From contig BAAFSQ010000392.1 of NCBI GenBank assembly GCA_054661495.1, positions 1 to 7,978 of the forward strand: a DNA stretch of 7,978 bases, written 5' to 3'. Position numbers and translations under genes: made by a program. Below are positions 1 through 7,978 of the stretch, one piece after another. The DNA comes from Zygophlyctis sp. KS116 (taxonomy: Eukaryota; Fungi; Chytridiomycota). The notes beneath the pieces were generated by a model. It saw nothing but the letters and a program-made list of their open reading frames with translations, was not told the origin of the DNA and did not search any database. The first letter of the stretch is position 1. Each line of letters opens with the position of its first letter.

Positions 1-2
1 TC

Positions 3-704
3 ATTCCTGCTACTCAGGACTCAATTGCAACAAAGACTATATATGTTGGAAAGACTGATGATGATGGAAAGTTTACAAACGAATTTATTCCTGTCACAGT
101 CAAGAACGATAAGCAGTTGGGGGTTATATACAAAAGGGGCGAAGGGCTCATTTGCTTGACTGGCCCAAAGAAGCTTATAGTCAGTTTTGATGAAATAGAG
201 GATGGGAAGAAGTATCAAGTTCACAATTATTCTCAGACTTTTCAATAATGGCAAAAGGAGGCAGACGCAATGGAGGCAGAGGCACTACTATCCCTGAAGG
301 CCTTTTTGATGAATGAACTTAAAGCATCGCCTATCAATTCACCTACTAAATTTTCTGATGAGAAAGGAAAAATCATTCAAGAATGGGATGGAATCCTATC
401 ATCAATAGATGCTATTTATCTCTTGGAAGCAAAGCATACCATGACAGTTGATAAAGTCAAGACAATCGCACAAAGGGTGGAGCAATTTCCTAAAATGATT
501 CAGCAGTCTACACGAAAGGATTTAGATTTGAAGAATAAGAAAATTGTTGGAGTCGCTTGTGGAAATCTATTCCCCAATGACTGCCGTGAGGAAGCACATA
601 GTTTAGGATTAGAAGAATGGTTCAGTAATGGAACCGTAGTATATGTGTCGATCAAACTTCAAATCGTTCATTTCTCATCAAGACACTTCAGTGATCTGTC
701 CTAA
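3..704 (+). pseudogene. Crinkler-like / PD-(D/E)xK restriction-endonuclease-fold protein, 5'-truncated by the window edge, with a premature in-frame stop
   Basis: Frame +3 is open from 3 to 245 (IPATQDSIATKTIYVGKTDDDGKF...IEDGKKYQVHNYSQTFQ). It hits TAA at 246-248 and continues in the same frame (WQKEADAMEAEALLSLKAFL...) into the 270..704 ORF. That ORF has a nuclease-like core, QEWDGILSSIDAIYLLEAKH (D...ExK), followed by KIVGVACG. No 24-30 nt GT-AG intron covers the stop. The family assignment is from motif recognition only. Confidence 0.6.
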
Positions 705-808
705 GTTTTCCAGAATTACCTCAAATTGAAGTGTAAAATTTAGGCTTGGTGTGGTAGCGGATATTCCTCGAAATATATTCAACATTGGAAGAAATTTAAA
801 AATAACTT

Positions 809-814
809 TTTATT
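809..814 (-). terminator. Putative polyadenylation signal AATAAA of the Aurora kinase gene
   Basis: AATAAA on the minus strand directly follows the TAA stop at 817-815. The context is AT-rich, so a chance match is possible. Confidence 0.45.
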
Positions 815-2231
815 TTAATTTTGTAAACTTGGATTGTACTTTAAGATCCAGGGGTGTTGCAACACTTGATCCAGGGGTAAGCGGTCTTCCGCAGAATGTT
901 TTAAAAGCTACGATTATTATAAACAGATAATACCCTTGATATTAAATCCTTTGAATCAACAGATAAATGAGAAGGGAAGCTCAAATCAACTTGAGCGATT
1001 CGACGGTACGTTGCTCTATAGGAAGATTGATCTTCAAATGGAGGGCTTCCCACCAAGAACTCGTAGCACAATACTCCCAATGACCATAGATCCACCTTTT
1101 CATTGTGATCCCTCCCTTCAACCATCTCAGGTGGAAGATAATCCAATGTTCCGCATAAGGTAGTCCTTCTAGAGTTAGGAGCGTGGACAGACCACCCAAA
1201 ATCAGCAATTTTTAGTTCTCCCTTCATCCCTAAATTAAGAATTAACACAGTTACCTAGTAATAGATTTTCTGGTTTGATATCTCTATGAATCACATGCTT
1301 TTTATGTAAATATGCCAGAGCATCCGCCATTTGAGCAATGTACTATCAGTTAAGAATCTGAAACTTGATTACTCGCGAAGCTAAATCTTCTGAGAAATAT
1401 CCAACTTTTTTCAATTGTTTATAGAGTTCTCCTTGGCCTGCAAACTCTAGAATGAGATAAACACGCTTTTGATCGTAGAAATATCCATAGAGCCGAAGAA
1501 TATTTGGATGTCTGTAATATTATATGGAAATTGACTACCTTAGATGAGATTGAATTTCAATTTCTCTCCGTAACTGTTTTTCTACTCTTGCTTGGGCTAA
1601 TTCACTTTTAAATAGAATTTTTAATGCAACAACGTATCCACTAGATTTCTCCCTCGCCAGATAGACTCTACCAAACTTGCCTTTTCCCAATGCTCTCCCG
1701 ACATCAAAGTCTTCTAAACTCCATTTTTTCTCTTCTTTTTGGCTAGATTTAAATAATATGAAATTACTTTTCAGTTTTTACAGGTTGAGAAACCGTTTTT
1801 GAATCCAATTCTTTTGTTTGCGCAGAAGGCGGCCGTATATTATTAGCAACTTGAATCGCAGGAATGGCATTCTCTTTATTAGTAGATGCAATTGAAGGTC
1901 CATTCTTCCCCAAAGTAATCTTGAGCACTGGCGCTGCCGTCTTCTTTGGTGAAGGAGCCGATTTCATTTGCGCCTTGATTTGTGCTTTATTAGCCATTTC
2001 ACGGGCAGTAGAAGCAAGTGTAGGACGGTAATGTGGAAGACCATGGGAAGGCACAGGAGCTAATGGTTTCTTAAAAACTGGTAATTCGGACAACTGAGTC
2101 TCATTCTTCCCGCTATTGGCTTTCTGCGTTACAGTAGTTGCCGTCTTTATCTTCTGCTGATATTTTGAAAGTAATAATCATACCTTGTCTTTAAGCGAAG
2201 AGGATTTAAAATGGCTCTCAAGCGATTTCAT
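815..2231 (-). CDS. IPL1: Aurora-family serine/threonine kinase (Ipl1/Ark1-like), 418 aa, 7 exons
   Basis: Exons 2231-2184, 2156-1768, 1742-1539, 1511-1373, 1342-1255, 1229-934 and 907-815, with GT-AG introns of 27, 25, 27, 30, 25 and 26 nt. The spliced length of 1257 nt is one open frame. Motifs: [98 protein letters not shown] and [15 protein letters not shown] box at 1869-1877. Confidence 0.96.
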
Positions 2232-2252
2232 AAAATAATATACCGATCGGAC

Positions 2253-3417
2253 TTATATTTCATCTAATACTAATTCATACAAGTCATTATAGACATGATT
2301 GGCACTCATTCCCCCATATAATAATATACATGATTTCTCTTCGCTATTATCTGCTGAACAAGAAATTTTCATATTTCTCTCAGAAACGCCATCTGCATTT
2401 CTAGAAAGTAAAGGTACGAGAACCACATTATGATCCAAGCGTGATTGAGGTGGACCTTGAAGTCCAGAATCTGTCTCCAGTGGAATCCATTCCTCATTTA
2501 CCGTATCAAAAAGGAAAACATCCTCAAAAGTTTCAAGTTTTGGAGATCGTGTCATCCCACCAAAAAGAATCAAAAACCTTTCTGAATATCTTGTCAGAGA
2601 ATGAGCACTACGAGCCATTGGAATTTTTGAACCTTTAGTTGCAATTAACGACCATGTTTTAGATACTTTAATTCATGATAAATAATTATTACCTAGATCG
2701 AATTTATACAAGTCATTGAACATATTTTTTTGATCCATCCCACCAAAGCAATACATGCAATCATTAAGAATTGTAAGAGAATGTCCTAATCTAGGTGATG
2801 GATAAATATCATTATGTGCGGATAATTTAACCCAGAATAATGAATCCAAATCTAAACAATAGACATTTGAATCAGGAACAGGAATATCACCTGCCATCCC
2901 CCCTCCAAAAACATAAAGCCGATCCTTATTATTTGCAGTTTTTAAAATCATTGATGATAGAGTCCTAGGAGCTGGTTTATCCCCTCTTGTCTCCAACATT
3001 GTCCATTTCCATCCATCTAATATTTTTTAAGAAATTCAACCATACCTAAATTCAGACTCCATATATCATTTAAAGGGAAACTTTCTGAAGCTCCAAAAGC
3101 AATAAACAAACATTTCTCGCCTTTACGATGCGCAATTGCAGATGCGTGTTCGTATCTTGCCGGAGGAGAACCAGATGTATCAATCTTTTTCCATACAAGA
3201 GAATCTACTTTTAAAACTTCTTCATCCACTTACCATGATCTAAAACAAATGTATCAGAATTTAATCCTTCTTCATGACTAGCTCCACCAAAACAGATTGT
3301 AAGATTTAAATCATAATCATAATCAAGAGAATGTCCTGCTCTAGGAGATGGAAGACTCATCATATCATTAGAGCCAACGGTAAGCGACCGCCAAATACCC
3401 TTATAACTTGTAATCAT
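2253..3417 (-). CDS. Kelch-repeat beta-propeller protein (RABEPK/p40-like), 359 aa, 4 exons
   Basis: Exons 3417-3234, 3204-3046, 3016-2693 and 2665-2253, with GT-AG introns of 29, 29 and 27 nt, giving a 1080 nt open frame. Six Kelch units: PSPRAGHS..CFGG, PPARYEHA..AFGA, PAPRTLSS..VFGG, PSPRLGHS..CFGG, PMARSAHS..LFGG and PQSRLDHN..LYGG. The first five end in a D-L/H...W motif. Orthology to RABEPK is tentative. Confidence 0.9.
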
Positions 3418-3474
3418 TAGGGGATTAAATGGACAAACGCGAATCAGCAAAACTCTAGGTATTTATGTGAAATC

Positions 3475-4544
3475 TCAAATCTTTAAAACTAATTTCCCAC
3501 TAGTCTTTTTCCCTTCCAGATCATCATGAGCTTGAGATGCATCACTCAAATCATAAATCTTGTAAATTGACAGAGTCAACTTTTGTTCATGAACCCATTT
3601 CATGAGATCCACCGACACTAATATTATAAAATTAAAAATTATACATTCATCAAAATCTTGCTGACTTTTTATAAACTCAAAGAGTGAAGGTCGCATTAAT
3701 CTTATTGCTCTTGGAACAAGCTTCATAATCGGTACATCATCAACCTAAAAGAATTATTGAATCCAATATAAACCTTTCCAGAAGCATTCCCAAAAGAACA
3801 CATGGTTCCTAATCTTTTGAGACAACTTATTGAAATATCAAAAGTAAATTTTCCAATACCATCATATACACATTCAACACCTTTATTCTCTGTATACTCC
3901 ATGACTTTATCATATACATTTTCCTGATTATATAGAATAACATGATCACACCCATTATTTTTTGCAATTTGAGCTTTTTCAATGGTTGAAGTTGTCCCGA
4001 TTACTTTTGCACCCAATATTTTTGCCATTTGTACTAAAAGAGATCCAGTTCCACCTGCTGCCGCCTATTTTTCAAAATTAAATATTTACATGAATTAGTA
4101 CTGTATCACCTTTAGAAATTGGATACGCCTTTTTAACCAGAACCAAACCAGTCAATCCTTGTAATAAAAGTGCTGCTCCTTGTTCAAAAGACATAAAATC
4201 CGGTAAATGAACCATATATTCTAAGATTACATTTTAATAAACAAACCATTAGAAATTAACGTATATTCTGCATAAGTCCCTGAAGCCAAATAAGCAACTC
4301 TATCCCCTTTTTTGAATTTAGTATTTGATGGATCTATCTGATCTATCATTCCCGATCCTTCTCTTCCAGGGATATAAGGTAATTGAACAGGATATAGTCC
4401 TGATCGATGATATGTATCAATAAAATTAACACCGACAGCCTTGTTAGCAACAATTATACTTTCCTTTTTAAAACTAGGGACTGGAACTTGAGCCAATTTA
4501 AGAACTGAAGACGGGCCAATTTCAGAAAATTGAATCGCTCTCAT
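3475..4544 (-). CDS. ZTA1: NADPH:quinone oxidoreductase, zeta-crystallin/QOR (MDR superfamily; Zta1/QorA-like), 320 aa, 5 exons
   Basis: Exons 4544-4247, 4220-4090, 4064-3774, 3744-3645 and 3617-3475, with introns of 26, 25, 29 and 27 nt, giving a 963 nt open frame. Motifs: GVNFIDTYHRSGLY, PGREGSG, KKGDRVAY, LQGLT, VLIHAAAGGTG (nucleotide binding), VYDGIGK, SFGNASG, AHDDLEGKKTSGKLVL. Confidence 0.93.
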
Positions 4545-5793
<1,249 letters not shown>

Positions 5794-5804
5794 TTGGACA
5801 TAGT

Positions 5805-5810
5805 TTTATT
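5805..5810 (-). terminator. Putative polyadenylation signal AATAAA of the RBM25-like gene
   Basis: AATAAA on the minus strand lies 10 nt after the TAA stop (5823-5821), inside the 27-nt convergent spacer. Confidence 0.45.
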
Positions 5811-5820
5811 TAGAATAATA

Positions 5821-7478
5821 TTAACTAATTCCTTGCGATCTTGCTTCTGTTTCATAAACTACCATTCTCCACAACTTAATGACAAATATCTCTGCATCCT
5901 CTGCAAGAGCTCCCTGTAGTTCGTTAAGAACTTCCTGTGCTCCAGCCCGGCTTGCAACTGCTCTGACGGTATAATCTACCAAATCTTTTTCCTCTGCACC
6001 AATATATTCAACAACCTTTTTAGCAACAAAGGGAGTAAGTTTATTTTCAAGCAAAGCTTTTGACAAAAACTCCCACTTGACTGGCCATTTCCATAGTCCT
6101 TCTTTATCCGTGGGAATCCTTTCAACCAACTCTTTAATACGACTCATGCGCTCTTCCTTGGTCATGATTTTCCCAACATGCATGACTTCAGGTACAAGCT
6201 GAGCCTCTCTTTCAGCTTTTTCTTCTTCGTCTTGCAATTGCCGTTCTACATCTATTTCTTTTTGTTCAATGTCCCTTTCACGCGCCAAGTCCCTTTGACG
6301 CCTACTTATCCATCTTTCTCTAAAAATATTAAAACTGTATATTTACCTATCGCGATAAAAATCGTCATAATATTTTTCCTCATAGTCATCATAGTCATGA
6401 AGCCAAGCTCTATCTTTCTCTTTTTCTCTTTGAATTTCCTCCTCATAATCTTGAACTTTTTTATCTGAATGAGTTAATCTTTTTTCTCTATCGGCTTCAT
6501 ATAGTTCAAACTTTGCTTCTCTCTCTTTAAAAGTCTTCATTAATTCCTCTTGCCTCCTCTCTTTTCTACGTCTTTCTTCTTCTTCATCCTCTTTACTAAC
6601 CATTTTTACTCCTTTAGTAATTTCAACTCCATTTGATGCAAACAATTTCCCACCTCTTCTTTGCTCATCTTTCAATTTCCTTTGCCGTTCTCTTTCAAAT
6701 TCTCTTGTGGCTCTTCTTCTCTGTTCTGAAGCATGCATAATTTCTCTTTCAGTTCTTTCATGATCTCTGATTGCAGTATTTTGTCTAAAAAGAGCGATTT
6801 CTCTTCTTATACTATCTTTTTGTTCTTGAGTAACTTCTGGTGGCATATCATCTAAAGGATCTTCAATCATTGCATCATCAAAATTAAATGGCAATTCCTC
6901 TTTCTTCATCGCCTCTGTTGGTAAAGGAGCTAGAGTTGATAAAAAGTCTTCTGCAACTTCTGATTTTATAGTTTCCAGAATCTCCTGGATTTTAGCGTAT
7001 GATGCTCTATCCAAATCTTGTTCATGTTTCATCTGTGGATTATAAATAGAAAAATACATCTTTAATAGCCCTTTGGGCAGCAGATCTTGCCTCATCCGAG
7101 ATCTGCAATCTTAATTTCTTTGGTCCGTCTGTTCCTTCCAACTCGATTCCACCTGCAAATTCCTCATCTTCCCCATCAATCACTCGTAGTGCCCGTAAAA
7201 TACAAGTCTGATCCTCATACACACAAAACCCAAAGAAAGCATCCTTCCCCCTTGAGTCATGAGGTCGTTTCCAAATTCTTATTTTTCCACAAGTCTATAA
7301 TCAGCAATAGTAAACTTACACTCAAGATCTTTTGAATCCAAGAGTCCTTGATTCCCGGGGCAATACCTGATACAAATACTGTATTCATGATATCATCATC
7401 TGTTGGCAAAGGAGCAGGAAGACTAAGTTCATGAGTCTGTTCATTCGTCATTACAATTCCTAGCCTTATCCTACGCAT
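5821..7478 (-). CDS. RBM25: RBM25/Snu71-like U1 snRNP-associated splicing factor (RRM, charged R/E region, C-terminal PWI), 526 aa (517 aa if it starts at 7451), 4 exons
   Basis: Exons 7478(or 7451)-7320, 7294-7058, 7032-6347 and 6319-5821, with GT-AG introns of 25, 25 and 27 nt. RRM: NTVFVSGIAPG..LSTCGKIRIWKR..FFGFCVYED..LRALRVIDG. Long E/R/K-rich tract. PWI: IPTDKEGLWKWPVKW..PFVAKKVVEYIGAEE..AEIFVIKLWRMVVYETEA. The start codon is ambiguous. Confidence 0.9.
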
Positions 7479-7494
7479 TGTGGCGCCTTTTGAA

Positions 7495-7803
7495 AGAAAT
7501 GATTCATGCGCTACATGTTATTCTCAACTCCTCGATTATTATATTTCAGTTGAAGTGATCCCAATTGATTACGTTTGTAGAGCTTGATGAATATCTGGAG
7601 ACTCGTCAATTTTTAGCGCTAAAAATCTCATCATCGGACAAGGATCGTGAAAAATTAAGATATCAATTGTACGGAATCGTTGTCCATAGCGGAGTTCTAG
7701 CTGGTGGAAATTACATGCCTTAATAATAACTCTTCGTTTTATTGCTCAACAACTAGCGACAATTTGATCATGGACTTGTGATCAAGACTTTTTGAATTTC
7801 TAC
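7495..7803 (+). pseudogene. Degraded C-terminal fragment of a ubiquitin-specific protease (peptidase C19)
   Basis: Collinear USP motifs are spread across frames. RYMLFSTPRLL/FQLK*SQ resembles the P..L..HLKRF box (TGA at 7556-7558). Next come TFVELDEYLETRQFL and YQLYGIVVHSGVLAGGNY, a His box with the catalytic His position read as AAT (7709-7711) and TAA at 7721. Weaker matches follow: SFYCSTTS (like WFY.SD) at 7734 and QDFLNFY (like QAYLLFY) at 7783-7803. Confidence 0.75.
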
Positions 7804-7807
7804 AATA

Positions 7808-7978
7808 TCAACCTAAAAAGTACAATGTTATTTTGAAAAATAACGATACAATGAAGATGTAAAGATAAGATTTAGCATATTCTGAACATAATTGATGACC
7901 TTTGAGGCCGTCAGAGGTTTCCAATTGAAAATCACCAATGGTTGATAGATCTGCAGGTTGGAGATAAGGAATCGTCTT
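7808..7978 (-). CDS. Possible 3' end of a gene entering from the right edge, with a hydrophobic C-terminus (membrane anchor or GPI-signal-like)
   Basis: 56 open codons run from the window edge to TGA at 7810-7808: KTIPYLQPADLSTIGDFQLETSDGLKGHQLCSEYAKSYLYIFIVSLFFKITLYFLG*. No family was recognised, and it could be a chance frame. Confidence 0.3.
   Translation of the reverse strand, partial: KTIPYLQPADLSTIGDFQLETSDGLKGHQLCSEYAKSYLYIFIVSLFFKITLYFLG

Noticed and set aside
21-254. Minus-strand 77-aa ORF, and likewise 2441..2638 (+) and 7087..7335 (+)
   Set aside because: Each lies antisense to a better-supported coding frame.
212-257. A tiny intron that might rescue the TAA at 246-248
   Set aside because: The 25-nt GT-AG candidate (212-236) shifts the frame into an early TGA. 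The in-frame candidate covering the stop (219-257) is 39 nt, outside the observed range, and would remove coding-like sequence.
936-1208. ORFs 936..1163 (+) and 981..1208 (-)
   Set aside because: They are antisense or alternate frames within the Aurora kinase domain and carry no recognisable motifs.
6178-6468. Plus-strand 96-aa Phe/Leu/Ile-rich ORF resembling a membrane protein
   Set aside because: It is the antisense shadow of the GAA/AAA-rich charged region of RBM25.
7764-7785. TTGATCA-N8-TGATCAA inverted repeat
   Set aside because: The stem is only 7 bp and built from a 6-bp palindrome, within the USP remnant, with no transposon context.

Overview
AT-rich, extremely compact eukaryotic DNA read with the standard genetic code. 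It is most consistent with an early-diverging fungus (chytrid- or Cryptomycota-like), which is an inference. Five intact spliced genes can be rebuilt by hand: an Aurora kinase, a Kelch-repeat protein, a zeta-crystallin-type quinone oxidoreductase, a bacterial-type UDP-glucose 4-epimerase (GalE) and an RBM25/Snu71-like RRM+PWI splicing factor. They carry 19 introns, all 24-30 nt, and are separated by only 21, 57, 181 and 27 nt, so about 88% of 815-7478 is coding. The first GalE intron appears to end in TG instead of AG and is the only intron with a perfect TACTAAC branch point. The left edge holds a Crinkler-like PD-(D/E)xK nuclease-fold gene with an in-frame stop. A decayed ubiquitin-specific protease remnant that the ORF track misses sits directly upstream of RBM25. 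No RNA genes, CRISPR arrays or recognisable transposons were seen.
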